64,000 nt of DNA, taken from NCBI GenBank assembly GCA_013239625.1, contig MU054098.1:2543104-2607103 (forward strand), in the 5' to 3' direction. The translations under genes and the position numbers were made by a program. Positions 1 through 14,984 of the stretch are shown here, piece after piece; within the stretch, counting starts at the first letter, position 1, and each line of letters starts with the position of its first letter. The notes under the pieces are model-generated. The model made no database searches, was not told the DNA's origin, and was given only the letters and a program-made list of their open reading frames with translations. The stretch is from Lama guanicoe. Its lineage: Eukaryota.

Positions 1-2950
1 CAAGTTTTATGGCTTTAGCTCTTTCATTTAGGTCTTTGATTCATTTTGGGTTTTTTTTTAATTTTCCAGTTGTCCCAACACTATTTATTAAAAAGACTAT
101 TCTACCTATGGTCTTGACATCCTTCTCAAAAATTAATTTACCAGAGACACATGGTTTATATCACAACCAAAGAACAATTAATGTGGATTAGTAGCAACTT
201 AATTTCAACAGTAATATAAACTTTCTTACAGTATACTTTTGTTCCCTCCAATCTCCTTTTGGCTATTCTTATCAAACAAATTACATACATATATGTTATC
301 AGCCCACAGACATATTTTTATGATTATCAACTTATGAAGTTGTATCTTAAATCAAAAAGGAGAAGAAAAGAGTTACAACCAACATATATTTATACTGTCT
401 TTTTAATTTCCCTATATAGTTCCTTTACTGGTGGTCTATTTTTTTCATAACGTTCGAGTTACTGTGTAGTATCCTTTTATTTTAGCCTGAATGAATCCCT
501 TTATTATTTCTTGTAGGGCAAGTTTAATCAGTCTTTGTTCATCTGGGAATGTCTTCATATCACCATCATTTTTGAAGAATAGTTTTGCTGGATACAGAAT
601 TCTTTGTTGACAGTCTTTTTCTTTCAGGACCTTGTAGAAAATGCTTTCCCATAAAATGTGTTAAATTTTTGGTCACTATTTTTAAATATTCCATCTGTCC
701 CTTTCTGTTTCTCTTCTCTCTCTGAGGTTATCATTATGTATGTATTGGTGCAGTTGATGGTGTCACACAAGTCTCTGAGGCTCTATTCACTTTTCCACCT
801 TTTTTGTTTTCTTTCTGTTCTCCATACTGGATAATTTCAATTGACCTATCTTCAAGTTCACTGATTCTTCTTTGGTCAGCTCAAAATATGCTGTTAAGTC
901 TTTTAATGGATTTTCCATTTCAGTTATTGTATTTTTCATTTCAAAATTCTGAGTTTTTTAATCATTTCTATCTCTTTGTTTATACTCATTATTTGGTAAG
1001 ACAGTGTTCTCACACTTTCCTTTAATTCTTTAGATATGGTTTCCTTTAGTTTATTTAACATGTTTATAATAGCTGACCTAAAGTCTTTGTCCAGTAGTCC
1101 AACTCTGAGGCTTCCTTTGAGACATTTTCTATTGACTATTTTCCTGTATATGGACCATACTGTCCTATTTCTGTGTGTATCTAGAAGTTTTTGCTGAAAA
1201 CAAGACATTTCAAATAATATTTTCTGGCAGCTGTGGGAATTTAATTACTCTCTTATCTAGCATTTGTTGCTGTTGTTTGTTGTTGTTCTGTTTGTTGCTG
1301 CTATTTAGTGAATTTCCTGTACTAATTCTGTAAACTCTGTATTCTATGGTGTGTGTGGCCACTGAAGTCTTGGCTTAGCTTAGTGGTCAATTAATAATTA
1401 GACAGTAGTTTCCCTAATGCTTTGAACTACTAATTCTCCCAGCTTTTTCCAAGGGGCTCTGTGTGTGTTGGGAAAAGCTTTCAAAGCCCTGGAAGACAGT
1501 TAACAATTATGCCTTAACCTTTACTTCCTGATTGTACAGAGCCTCAAGGTCAGGTCTTTCTCAGGTTTTTTCTGGGCATACACACAGCACTGAATATATG
1601 CATCTCCTTTTAGATTCCAAGGAAATTTTCAGAGATCTTCAAAGTCCGCTATGGACATTTCATTCCCTATATTTTCCTTTTGAGTTTTTGGTCAGTCTTT
1701 TGTTTGCCCCAAATACCTCAGGAGACTATAATGTTAAACAATTGCAGCTGATTTATTTTTTGACAGCCTGGTCATAGGGCTTTCCTCACTGAGAAAGCTC
1801 TGAAGTCAAGTCAAAGAAAGACAAACCCTGAGAATGGAGCTTTTCCAGAGATTTGCCACGCAGAGCAAATAGGGACAGTTCTCTCGGGGTAGGTCTTTGG
1901 TGAGCTCCAAACCTGTTCTGTCATCTGTAATGGCTACTAGGCTGCTGATTTGTTTAGTCCGTGTTGTTCTGAGGTTGCAGGTTTTTAAGGCTACCATAAA
2001 TCTGGAGAGTGGGCAGTGAGACTAGAGCAAGTAAAATTCTCCCTGTTCCTATCGATATTTAGCTGTTTTTCTGGAATAAATGCTCCTCAAGTTGTTGCAA
2101 TCCTTTGATTAATTTATAGAGCTCTGAAAATATCATTTTTAACATTGCCAGTGTTCTCATTGATTTTTTAGAAGATCATATTTTCAGAAGTTCTTACACC
2201 ATCATGCCAGAAGTGCTTCTCCCATGCTAGTTATTTTCATATTCCTATAAATATTCTTCAGATTTGTTAGGGACACAGGTAGGATACTCAGAAATAGAAT
2301 GATCCTTTCTAGTCTTGCTTTTAAATTTTGTTATATCGTACCAGAGATTTGCTTAGTCTGGGGCTAATTATTTCTCACTACCAAGGTAAGACTTTTCTCC
2401 CCAGTGCCACATAATATATGAAGGTTTCCATTCCAGCTAGTAGCAGTAGGATCTATTCCCCTTTCTGTGTGAGCACTGGGTAATGTTTTATCAATCCTTC
2501 AGGTGGTTCTTTCTCCAGCCTTGAATTATCTTCTTAAATATATGTGCTATTGAGTGGTTCTCCTTAAAATCTATGGGGAACCCTATGCGGATATTTGGAG
2601 TCCTCTCTCTGTGGAACTCTCTCTCAATACTCTATCCTGTGATCTCTAGCTGCCCTGGTTTCCCTGTACCCTTAGCTCTTGTCTCCTCATCACAGGAAGT
2701 CCACCAGGCTCTGCCTAAGTTCCCTCTCCCTATACTATGGCCTGGAAACTCTCTAAAAGCAGTAAGTTCAGATAATCATAAAATTCCCTCAATTGTTTCC
2801 TATCTTCAGAGATAACTGTCCTTCATTGACTGATGTCCAGATTCCTGAAAACCATTGTGTCATATGTTTCATCTCAACTTTTGGTTACTTCAAGTAGAAG
2901 GTTAAATTCAGTCCCTGTTATTCCATTTTGGCCAGAAGCACATGTCCCTA
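1..2950 (-). mobile_element. Old L1 (L1M-type) fragments, ORF1/5' region, antisense
   Basis: T-rich antisense L1 texture. Minus-strand ORF1-like peptide DKDFRSAIINMLNKLKETISKELKE (936-1208). Confidence 0.7.
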
Positions 2951-4399
2951 CATGACATACTTTCAAGTTTAATCTGCATTATTAACATTTTCTCCATCAT
3001 TTCTTTTTTCCCCAGTTTTTTGAAGTATAATTGGCTCTCCATCATATCTTTAAGTTTAGACCATCAACAAAACAATAAATCCAACCCTGGTTTATAGCAT
3101 TTTGCCAATTTGTGTGGTGGTGTAAATACCCTCACTATGGCCAATTTTAAACTACTAATGTGTAACATTTCTACCATAGAGATAAAATATAAATATCCTC
3201 AAGAGCAGAGATTACAGTAAAATAATTAGGAAGTGGTGGATTTTAAGTATTACTTTGTTTTAAACATAATTTCATAATTTAAATATAATTTAACTTTTAA
3301 TAATAACTATATTTAAAAAGCAGCTTAAAAATTCCTGAAAATTCAACAATCAGCTCTAGTGAGATAGTATGAGCCATCTGCAGCACACTACTGCCTCTAC
3401 CTCTGGAGATAAGAATCACTGTGAAAGCATCGCTATAAAGCAGTATGCAAGGAGCAGAATTCATCTACCAAGGGACAGGGATACAGGCTGTCTGCTCACC
3501 AAGGGTTTTAGGCCACCCTAACAAATATATAAAACCAGCATTTGACCACCTTTTTCTGTTAAAAAAAACAAAAATAGCTATCCTCAAAATTCCATCATTA
3601 AAAATTCATTAGTATAGCTCTTGAAGTCTTCAATTTCTAAGAATCCCTTTCTTAAATGGCAAGGTATTTCCTGTGAGTGGTAATACTTTAAGTCATTTAA
3701 GCAGCTAATACCTTTATGAATATCAGGCAGCTAGGTGAGAAAAAGGCCCTGTGTCATTGGCCCATAGTCTCCGTTTGGCACAGAAAGTGGGGGGTAGATT
3801 TGGGAGGGAAATAAAAAAGAGAAAGTAGAAATACACCCCCTCAAAACATCCTTTTTCAGTCTTTCAAGTCTTTCAGGTCAGCTCCAGTATATCTGCATGT
3901 GGGACTGAGTTTTTAAATGCTAAAAGACCAGCCAGTGACTGACTACCTACTAGCAGGGAACACTGTAATAGCTGATGACCATTCTGTCTTACCCATTCCC
4001 TCAAGAACATTCTTTTATTGAGGGAAAGAAATTGAAAGAAGAAAATGACAACAAAACCGTCCATAAACTTCAAAGGTTTAAAATACCCCTACAGAATAAA
4101 ATATAATACTCTTACAACAGTAGCCATGCCATAATATAAAAAATCTAGGACAGAAATTCATGTAATTGGAGAAAAGGAATACTATAATGAGAAAGCAGAG
4201 AAAAATAAGGAAAAATTAATTTGCTATCATTGACCAAGTTCTTAATGAAATTGTCATTTTTACTTAAGTCCAAAATAATAATTTTACTTAGGATTAAAAA
4301 ACAAAATTATAAATGATTGATGTATAATAGCACATTAATAAATATGTAAATTGTATGCAATCTTTTTAACACATTTGAGGAAGAAGAGTGCTTAGACTG

Positions 4400-6560
4400 A
4401 GGGATCAATCCAGATGGCAGAGTAAGAGGACATGGACCTCACTTTCCCCACTTGAACATGTCAAAAATACATCTACATGTGGAACTATTCTCACTGAAAA
4501 CTAACTGGGAACTGGCAGAAACACTCCTGTACAACCAAAGCTGTAAGAAAGATCCACATGTTGTCGGGTAGGAAGAGAAGAGCAACCCATTTGGGACCTG
4601 TGCCCCTGGGAGAGGACTCAGAGGAAAAGGGAAAATTCATGGGGAAAAAGCCACCCTGGGAAGTGAGCAGTGACAGCTACAGACTGGGCAAGACAAGCCC
4701 CTCGGCTGGCTGGAGGACCGGGGGGAATGACAGAAAGGCTAATGGAAGCCTGGATTCTGCTCATGAGGAGTGCATACACCGGCTTACCCCCAAAGCAAAG
4801 TCGAGAGGGTGGAGAAGGGACTGCTCTAGTGGCTGCTAGGTTTCCCGCAATGGCCTCAGCACACACCTCAGCCTGAGCCAAACTAACACTATAGCTCTGC
4901 TTACTCTATGTCACAGTGCAACGCTGGATCTAGGGCTGCCACAGGGAGAAAACTAGGCTGTGGACACAGAAGTGACCAAGTCCCTGGGAGGAGCCTGGGT
5001 GGGACAGCAGTGGTCACTGTTGGCACTTACTCAAGCAGCACATCAGAAGCAGCCCAGAAATTTGATGGCAGCTGCTCTACCACAGCTCATGTGCTGATGT
5101 ACACTGAGAATCCACGTGGGCCCTGCTCACCCTACGGTGCAACTCCACAACAGGGCAGGGGCAGCAAAGGCCGGGGACAGTGATCAGCTATGAAGAAAAA
5201 GCGGAACTTGTACCTGAGGCTGTATCTGAGCAGAACAAGGGAGGAAATTGGGGGAGACTGCACCGGCAGCACATCAGAGACAGATTGGATCTGTCTCCAG
5301 CCAACGTGAGCTGAGAACCCACACAGGCACCCCACGCTTCAGCACTCCCCCTTCTTTAGGGCAAGGGTCCCATTGATGGGAGAGGACACATGCTTAAAGG
5401 GAACAGAGACAATGTGGGCCTGACCCTCATGGTTTCTGTTTCAGAAACTTGGTATCAGGCCCTGCCCCGACCTGTGACAGAGTAGTAACAACCACTGAAC
5501 AGAGAGGAAGTCCTTCCTCACATCCAGCTCCAGCATCTCTGGCTCCACCACCTACCAAGGAGGTAGCTGCCAGCACACCCTGAGGAAAGATGTGACTTGT
5601 GTCCACGTCAAATCCAGCTCTCCCACCAAAGGCACTGGACACTCACAGGCTGCATAGGGATGCTCTCACATAAGAACACCACTTCAAGACCACAATGGGA
5701 AACTGTTTCATCTAAATTCATAGAGGCAGAGAAAGTCAAGCAAAATGAAAAGACAGATGAACTGCTCTTAAATGAAAAAGCAAGAGAAAACTCCTGAAAA
5801 TATAAATAATGAAACAGAATTAAACAATTTACCTGTTAAAGAGTTGAAAGCATTGGTAATGTGAATGTTAATGAATTAGAAAAAAATAGATTAACACAGT
5901 GAGAATTTTAACAAGGAACTAGAAAATATAAAAAAGACCCAATCAGAAATAAAGAATTAAATTTTAACTGAAATAAAAAACACACTAGAAAGAATGAATA
6001 ACAGACTAAGTGATAACAGAAGAATACATAAGTGATCTGGAAGATAGAAAATTAGAATGATGGAAGTCATCCAGTCAGAACAGTAAAAAGAAAAACAAAT
6101 TTTAAACAATAAAAACAGTTCAAGAGAAAAGAATATGAAAACAAATATATGTATGTATATGCATGACTAGGACATTGTGCTATACATCAGAAATTGATAC
6201 ATTGTAATTGATGGTACTTCAATTTAAAAAAAAACAGTTTAAGAAATCTGTGAGCATACTGACATTCACATTATAGGGTTCCCAAAGGAGAAGAGAGCGG
6301 GAAGGAGATCAAAAACTGTATTTGAGGAAATTATGGCTAAAAACTTCACAAACCTGAAAAAGGAAACAGATATCCAGGTACAGGAAACATAGAGGGTTCC
6401 AAACACAATGAACCAAAATGGACTCACACCAAGATATATCATAATTAAAATGGCAAAAGTTAAAGAGAGAATTATAAAATCAGCAAGAGAAAGACAGAGT
6501 CATATACAAGGAATCCTCATAAGGTTATCGGCTGATTTCTCTGCAGAGACTTTGCAGAGG
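4400..6560 (+). mobile_element. L1 5' UTR plus degenerate ORF1, 3'-truncated
   Basis: Starts ...agatggcagagtaagaggac, with a GC-richer 5' UTR and then A-rich ORF1-like sequence (ccaagatatatcataattaaaatggcaaaagttaaag, ttatcggctgatttctctgcagagac). Confidence 0.8.
6126..6229 (+). mobile_element. Short L1 3'-end insertion nested in the older L1 ORF1
   Basis: L1 3' terminus (gacattgtgctatacatcagaaattgatacattgtaa) with A tail. TSD aaaaacagttcaaga / aaaaacagtttaaga at 6111-6125 and 6230-6244. Confidence 0.75.
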
Positions 6561-9500
6561 TAAAGTTCACATGAAGACTTTTGCTTTAATCAATATATTT
6601 CATTAAGCATTCCTTCACTTCTCCATTTTACTGTGAATGGACCAACATGTAGGAAAAGCCTGGAACATGAAGTCAGAAGACTTGGGTTATAATCCTGACT
6701 CTGCCACTTACTAACCCTTGGGCCTTGGAGCAAATTATTAATTTCTGTGAGTCTGGAAAATATTCATCTATTTAAAAAGGTAAAAGATAATAGTTCTGTT
6801 AGATAGGCAAGAATAACTGAAAGAACTGAATGGGATGATGTATGTAAAAGAATTTTGTAATCATAAAGCCCTAGATAGGTATCAGGGACCATTAAACTAA
6901 AGTGAGAGCTTAAAAGCCTCCTGACTCAGAGACACATTTCATCTGGGAGAGACAGTGGCCAAGAGGGACCTTTTTAATCAGACTACCAGTAATAGAAGAA
7001 ATCTGAGGATAAATAAAAGTCTCATACTGCACAGTAAGTTGTAAACATAACTTACAGACTGCTTACTATACGAAACAGTACAGGATGACTAGTTACATAA
7101 ATAACCCTTAATAAGTGTTCTGATCAACTGTTACACATCACACATTGTTTTGCAAATCACTGGTGTTCTTTAGGTTGCCTCAAGGTGTTCTGCTACCAAA
7201 ATCCATCTGTGGCAGTCATTTATTGATTTGCAGAAACAATTTAATTCATGGGGAGAATTTTCTCCATTTCAGGTTTTCAGTCACAATTTTCTTTTAAATC
7301 CTTTAGTGACTCCTAGCAGACAGCAAAACAAATGAACCTGTAGCAAAAGAACACCTAGGAAAAGCAGATTAGGTGCCATCAGTGGCTTGCTTTTATCTGT
7401 TTGTGGTCACATACTTATGTATGCACTTTAACCTGCTAGTAAACATTCCCTGTAGTCATATGATGGTATGAAACACACTGTCTCAATCCTACCTGTAAGA
7501 GCCACTTTCCCACTAGGGAAAGTGGTGGGGGAAAGGGCAGAAGATGCAAGATAAGGCAACTGTAACCTGAGGCAATCTTAGAGGCAGAAGGTTCTGAAAA
7601 AAAAAAGCCAAAGTTTTAAGCCAAGAAGAACACAGTTCAGATCTGCATTTGATGCTGAGAGCAAGGTATGGATAGGATGGGTAGCTGGGAGAACAGACAG
7701 CATGAGAGAACAGGGCTTAACTTAAGCCAAGAGATGAAAAATTTACTGAGCAGAACTTTTGCATGTGTTAGTATGCCCCTTTATTCACATGGTGGTCAGA
7801 GCATATTGAGGTAATGGACGCAAATGCTTAAAGAATTTAGATTAAATTTATAGCAATATTTTATAGGGTTCACAGAGAGCATCCTGACTCCAGGTGATCT
7901 GCTGTCCAGATCTGAGGAGCACTAAGGTTAAGTTGTGGATGACAAAGCCATAGGGGATCATTAATAGGCAAAAGAGATACTCTGGTAATACTCTTACTTC
8001 TTGGAAGGGGCACAATGGAGGAACACCCTCTTCTAACAACATACTCTTTGGAATCTCTATTAGAGGAAAGACTTTGGGCTGGTTCCCCTTATAATGGGGA
8101 TCACGAGGATTCATTAGGATAGCTCTGAGCAGTATGACTGCTATTTCTGGGAATCAGCACTCAAGAGGCTTTGGGCACAGACTGCAGAAAATCATACCAA
8201 CCCCATCTTTGGGTTCTATTCTATTCTACCTTAGGTGTACAGACATATAATGTTGAACTGACCTCAGTGTCAAAGGGAGAGGTGATTCAATCTGGATTAT
8301 CTAGTTTATTTCATCTATAGAAACAGCCCAAGCCAGTAACTTTCTCAAACTTTGTTTCTTTTAGCCTGAATCATCCCATTAGCCTGTCTTCATGGAGTAA
8401 ACACATGGCTAACTGATAAATGTGTCCCTTGCTTGGTGCTATATCTAACCTGGTGGTCTCTAAGTATCATAAATGTTGCTAATACTATGTAAACACTTAT
8501 TGTTTTAATAAATAGTTGATTTATGGCTGGCATTGATCTTAGCAGTCAAGTTTTTTATCTCCATCATTTCACAAAAAAGGAAAGAGACACAAAGAAGAAT
8601 TGTTCACGTTCATACTTCAAATTAATGGAAGAACTGAGACTAGAATCCAGATCTCCTAATTCCCAGGACACTATTCTTTAAACTGCACCATTGTACACAC
8701 AGAGGTATGTATCATTATTTCCAGTTAAGTCCCCTGACAAATTTTTATTTTGTTTTGAAACCATACTAACGTAAAATTTCAAGTCCTAATCTTGTATGTT
8801 GGGAAAGGCAGGAGGTGAACAACTAATCAACTTTGCAGGAAATATGTTCTGTACAAAAGTAAAACCCTCTCAGTAACAAGGGTGACCTGGTTTGACAGAT
8901 CCCAATACACAAAAAAGAAAGTTACAAAACAGCCACACTGAAGGAGGGAATACTCAGCAGAATTTCTTGAGTGCATTTAAGCATTTAAGATCATTACTTG
9001 GCAGAACCCTCTGGGAGAGAGAAACAAAGTTAAAATGTTAAGAGCCAGTGCCAGGCGAAGACCAAGAAGAAGGTAAAATAAGCATCTTCGAAGCAAAATG
9101 GAAGTCATGAAGAAACAGGATCTGTTTGATAGAAACTCAGTTTATTGTGAAAATATCAGGGTCCTGGTAACCAGCCTCGTGAAAAGCCTTTCTCAGTCGC
9201 ACGGATAGCAGCACTACCACTTTTCTAGACACTCAGGCTGAAACTTGGATATCATCTTAAGTTTCTTTCTATACCTCCCCTCCTATAGTCTATCCATTAC
9301 TGAATACTGTTTTTCCCTCCCCTTGAAATAACTCTAAAATTATTCTCTTCTCCATTTAACTGCCAGCAATCTACATGGAACTCCATTATCTGGTGGAGAG
9401 TCCCATTCTTTCCTACTCTGATTTACCATTTGTACATCCATAGTCACCTTATAACATACAGCTTTCTTGATCACATTCCGTTTAAGAGCCTAGAGTGACT

Positions 9501-11502
9501 CCCCATGCCTATAAGATCAAGCCCTAGCTTCTCAACCAGATATTCAGTATCCTCCAACAACCAGGCCCAGCTTACCTACTCCTACATACTTCTTTCTCTT
9601 CCCAAATACCACCATACCTAAGACAGTGCCAACCCCACATTTGGCTTCCATCCCCACTCCATATATAACAGAGGTGTTCTCCCAACTCCCACATCTGCCT
9701 ATCTAAATCCTCCCCAGCCTTCAAGATCCATCTCAGGTTCTACCTCTCCTACACACTTTTCCTAGCCACCTGGCACTAATTCCAGCTAATCCTGATCTTT
9801 ACAATTTTAGTTAGTGCCAGCTATACTCAAGGCACTGATCTCCTTGCTTCTTTAAGATAGAAAAAACTAACAGGTAAAATTTGAGCCCATTTAATAGTCC
9901 TGCTCTGAAACACAGAGATGGACAAATGTTTATATAGCTCTTCATGTCTGTTACTATTGAGAGTGCCAAACCATCAGTTGAAGGGTTCCCCAAACTTCTT
10001 CCTCCCGAGATGAAGTAACATCTGTTGAAACATCCAAAATGGACTTCATTCATGACACATTATCCACTTGTTACAATGTGTGAGAATCTTAGAATATCTG
10101 AGAGGGAAGGGGATTTGGACCATCAATTATACATTATACATAAGAAAACTGAGGTCCATTTCTGTTTCCAGGGCTCTCTGATGTTTTCTCCCCCTTTAGA
10201 AAGCCACTACTGATAAATTAATAAAACAATTTTAGAAAGAAGTTCAGCACTATGTATCTTTTAAAATGCTCCTGGTTTTTGACCCAATAATTTGACTTCT
10301 GAGAAGCTGAGCAAGTAACCTTGAATATACATAAAAATCTTTATGTACAAAAACGTCTACCACGGCTTTATTTGTAACAGTGGAGATAAATGGAACAAAG
10401 CCGAAATATTCCCAAACTGGAGACTAGTTAAGGACATTATGGTATACCTGGTCTGACCCAATGAAGATTAAACAATTAACATGATATTTTAACATATGAT
10501 GGTATGAAACATAATACTGTCTCAATCTCACCTAGCAGAGCCACTTCCCCACAAGGGAAAATGATGGCAGGAAGGGCAGGAAATTTAAAAAGTGTTATTA
10601 CAGATAATGATGTGTGGGAATTCTTACAAAATATTAACCAAAGAAAACTAGAAAGAAAATGTTTATACAGGATGAACTCATTTAAAACGCATGGGTAGGG
10701 GGGAAAGACTGTATATTTTTTCTTTATTTTAAGACACATTGTTTTTTTTATGAAATTTCATGATTTGCTGGTTTAAACAAACTTTCTCAATTTTTATTTT
10801 AAAACATTCAGCCACATAGAAGAATTCCTGTGTACTCTTTACCCAGATTCCCTAATTGTTAGCATTAAAAAAAACCTTAAAGTCCCTCTTCCCCATTTAA
10901 GGAGGGTTTGACCAATAAGCTTCTGTGTGAACACTGCCACTTAGATTCCAATGTGAAGAGGTAACAGAAAGAGGATAGACGCTCATTTCTCATGGCCAAC
11001 GGGCCTATGGGATCTGGGATAAAAGCCAACCCCAAGACTAATAATCAGATGCAAGACTTTTAACCAATTATATTGCTTATTATTTGCTATAATCAATGTC
11101 ATCCCGTTCTGACTTCCCCTTGACTACTTCAAGGAACATCATGCGGACAACATGATAATGAGTGTTGAGCAACATATTTAAACTCCTCCATGCAGCTGAG
11201 TGACTTGAGGGAGACAAATATATATTTTTTACTCATGTCTTCACTCTAGAGAAAATGAGAAGCATTGATTTATTCCAGCTGCCAGCAGTTCTACATAACT
11301 TGCCTGGACTTCAAAGTGAAGTGGATAAAGAGTTGAAGACCTTACAAAAAATAAATACACCATGGGTTCATAGCCATGAAAATGCATTATGCAAATGAAA
11401 GTACCCATATTTTAACATAGATACTGTATATTTCTGCTCTGAATTTGGAAGAATTCTCCATATTACAGGCATTTTACAGGTGGAAGAAACATTTGGGTTA
11501 TC

Positions 11503-11703
11503 CAGCACTACCCAATAGAACTTTCTGTAATGATGCAAATGTTCTATATCTGTGCTGTCCAGTATGGTAGCCATGAATCATCTGTGGTTATCACATGCTT
11601 GAAATGTGCCTAGTGCAATTGCAGAACTGAATCTTTGCTTCATTTTAATTCATCTAAATTTAAAGAGCCACATGTGGCTAGTGGCTACTGTACTGGACAG
11701 TGG
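11503..11703. mobile_element. MER3 hAT-Charlie MITE
   Basis: cagcactacccaatagaactttctgtaatgatg...agccacatgtggctagtggctactgtactggacagtg. Confidence 0.8.
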
Positions 11704-12049
11704 AGACTTAGACCTTTCATCACTCTAAGTAGTTCCCCTGATCTCTTTGCACTCTCCCTGACAATCACATCCACTCCTAACAGCTCTAGTTATCACTTAT
11801 AATGATGGTACTCAATCTTGGCTGCATGTTACATTCACCTAGGGAGCTATTTTTAAATGTCAATGTGCTTGTGGGGAGGGGAGGTTCTGTGAGCCAAGCA
11901 TGAGTAGGTTTTAAAAGCTCCTCAGGTGATTCTAATGTGCAGCCAGGGTTGAGAACCTTTGATCAATATGCAGATAACTCCCAATTCTATATCACAAGAT
12001 CTCCAAGCTACACTCCACATGCTGACTGGATCTCTCCTTCCTGACATCA

Positions 12050-12072
12050 AAATAAATAAATAAATAAATAAA
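12050..12072. repeat. (AAAT)n microsatellite
   Basis: aaataaataaataaataaataaa. Confidence 0.85.
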
Positions 12073-12144
12073 AACAAAAAACCCCTCAAACACCAGCATA
12101 TCAAAATGGGACATCATTATCTCCATTGCCCTCACCCAAATCCT

Positions 12145-14960
12145 TCAAACTATAATTACTGGACTTACTTCTGCCATTTTGCTATTTGTTTTCCATATGT
12201 CATATATTTTTTGTTCCTCAATTCCTTCATTACGGCCTTCTCTTGTGTTTTATTTTTTGTAGTGTATCACTTTGATTCATTTCTCATTTCTTTATTCTAT
12301 ATATGTTTTTCTAGCTATTTTCTCAATGGTTACCCTGGGGATTACAATTAACATCTTCAGTGTATAGCAAACTATTTTGAATTAATAATAACTTAGATTT
12401 AATAGTAAAAAAATTTTCCTATGTAGCTCCATCTTTCCCCCTCTATGTTGTTATTGTCACAACTTGCATCACTGTATATTCTGTGCTCATTAACACAGAA
12501 TTATCATTTTTGTTCTATGCATTTATCTTTTAAGTCACATAGAAAAAAATAAAACTTACAAACCAAAAGTACAATAATACTGGCTTTTATATTTAGCTAT
12601 GTAGTTACCTTTACCAGTGTTCTTTATTTCTTCATATGAGTTTGAATTACTGTCTAGCCTGAAGGACACCCTTTGGCATTTCTTGTAGGGTAGGTTTACT
12701 GGCAATGAATTCCCTCAGCATCTGTTTACCTGGGAATGTCTTAAGTTCACCTTCATTTTAAAATAGTAGTTTTGCAGGCTATAGAATTTTGATTGAGAGG
12801 TTTTTTTTCTTTCAATACTTTAAATATATCACCCCACTGCCTTCTGACCTCCATGGTTTCTGAAATGAAATTAGCTGTTAATTTTTATTGACGAGCCCTT
12901 GTCTGTGACAAGTTCCTTGTCTCACTGCTTTCTAGATTCACTCTTTGTCTTTTGATGTTTGATTATAATGTGTCTTGGTGTGCAATCTCTTTGAGTTTAG
13001 CCTTCTTGGAGTTTGTTGACCTTCTTGGATATGTAGATTCACGTATTTCCCCAAATTTTGAAAGTATTTGTCCATAATTTCCTCAAATATACTTTCTACC
13101 ACTTTCTCTTTCTCCTCTCCTTCTGAGACTCCCATTATACATCTGTTGGTACACTTGACAGTGTCTCACATACCTCTGATGTGCTATTCATTTCTCTTCA
13201 TTCTTTCTTATTTTCTGCTCCTCAGACTGAATAATTTCAATTTACTTACCCAGTTTTACTGATTCTTTCTTCTACCTGCTCAAATCTGCTGTTCAGCATT
13301 TGGCAAACACTGAGGGTGGCTGCTCCAACTCTAAGAAAATTCCAAGGTGGATAAAACAAAGGCAATCCTTGGAGCTGATTCCTCTTTTTCATACAGCAAT
13401 TTGATGCATATGTATTCACCAGTCAAAACATACAATCACAGTTCTTTGAGGACAAAATCTATATTGTCCACCTCATAGCACCAGTAAGCCTCACTAGGAG
13501 TATGAGTCACTCACTGCCCCCATGGCTATCTCGAGGCTAAGAAGTGGAGGATAGTAAGCAGTTCAGTAAAAATGCCACAAAACTCTCTTACCAAAATTTA
13601 GTAGCTTCTTTCTTCATTACTCTGATTACTGTAAGTTTTTATTAGATTCCAGAGTTCAGAAAAAGTTGATTCTGATCGGTTTTGCTAGGTTAATCATTGC
13701 ATTAGTGGAGAGACAGGTTTTTGAAGTTCCCTACTCTGCCAATTTTTAAAATGTCCTTTTTTCCTTAATCAAAATTTTTGTGGAAATTTTTTACACATTT
13801 ACCGTTTCATTTAACTTTGTTTGCCTAGGTCCATATAAAACTCAAATGGGATACTTTTTGTAATTTATATCTTGATTTGACAAGAAATATTTTTATTAGG
13901 TTGAGGCTTTCTATTCAGCAACATAGTGTACTTCCTTATTCTCTTTAGTCTTTTATCCTCTTTAACAACTTATTTTGCATGGATCCTGTTCCTTTCAAGG
14001 TAAATGTATTCCTGGGTATCTTCAGATGTTGTCATTATTGTGAAGTGAATTTTTTTCTTTTTAATTTCTGAGTGATGATTATTACTGATATAAATTGTTA
14101 AGCTATTGACAGTTGTATATTTTTCCTTGTATTCTGTTACTTTACCAAAGTCTCTTGTTAGTTCTAATAAATTTTCTTAGCTTCTTGGGTGTTCTATCAT
14201 ACAATTCTATTATCTGCATATAAAGGTAATTTTGTCTCTTCTGTTAAATATTTATAGCATTTTCATGTCCTCTTATTACATTAGTCAGAACCTTAAAATT
14301 GAATAATGGTGCTGATAATGGCATTCCTGTCTTGTTCTTGATTTTAATGGCAATGGGTCCGGTGTTTCACAATTTATTATACTTATTCTTGATTTGAGGT
14401 AAATAGTCTTTTGTGCAGAGGTATTTCACTTCTGTTCAAATTTTACTTAGTTTTTTAAAGAAATAGGTGATGAGTTACATTCCAATAATTTTTTTCTTCT
14501 ATTTATATAATCATGTTTTCTTTCAAGTGGCTGACTTATTTATTAATTGTATTGAAAATTTCCTCATATTGAACCTTATTCTTAGGATAAGTCCCACTTG
14601 GTCATAATGTATTATTATTCAAATTCATTTGTGGTTTTCACTTGCTAATATTTTATTTAGAATTTTTAGAATCATTTTCATGGTTGAAATTAGTCTATAG
14701 TTTTTATTTTGGAATCTCATTATCAGGTTTTAGAATTAAGATTATGCTAGCTCTATAGAATTAATTGAGGAGTGTTCTTTCTCTTTCTATAATATGAAAA
14801 TAGTTTTAATATCAAGATAACCATTTGCATTTTTAAGTTCTATATACAACTGTGAAACCACTTGAGCTGAATGACTTTTAATTGGTAGATATTTCAAACT
14901 ATTTTAATTTCCTCTATGATTATTAATCTGCCAAGTTTTCTATTTGTTTGTGGTTTAATT
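12145..14960 (-). mobile_element. Old L1 fragments (ORF1 and ORF2 pieces), antisense
   Basis: Minus-strand ORF1-like peptide MGVSEGEEKEKVVESIFEEIMDKYFQNLGK (12938-13135). RT-like antisense segment cattcctgtcttgttcttgattttaatgg near 14320. Confidence 0.75.
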
Positions 14961-14984
14961 TGGTAATTTTCCAGAAAATGCTAT

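Noticed and set aside
4558..5797. Cluster of short overlapping ORFs
   Set aside because: All lie in the GC-rich L1 5' UTR.
180..13300. Similarity between about 180-900 and 12400-13300 as a segmental duplication
   Set aside because: Explained by two related old antisense L1 copies.
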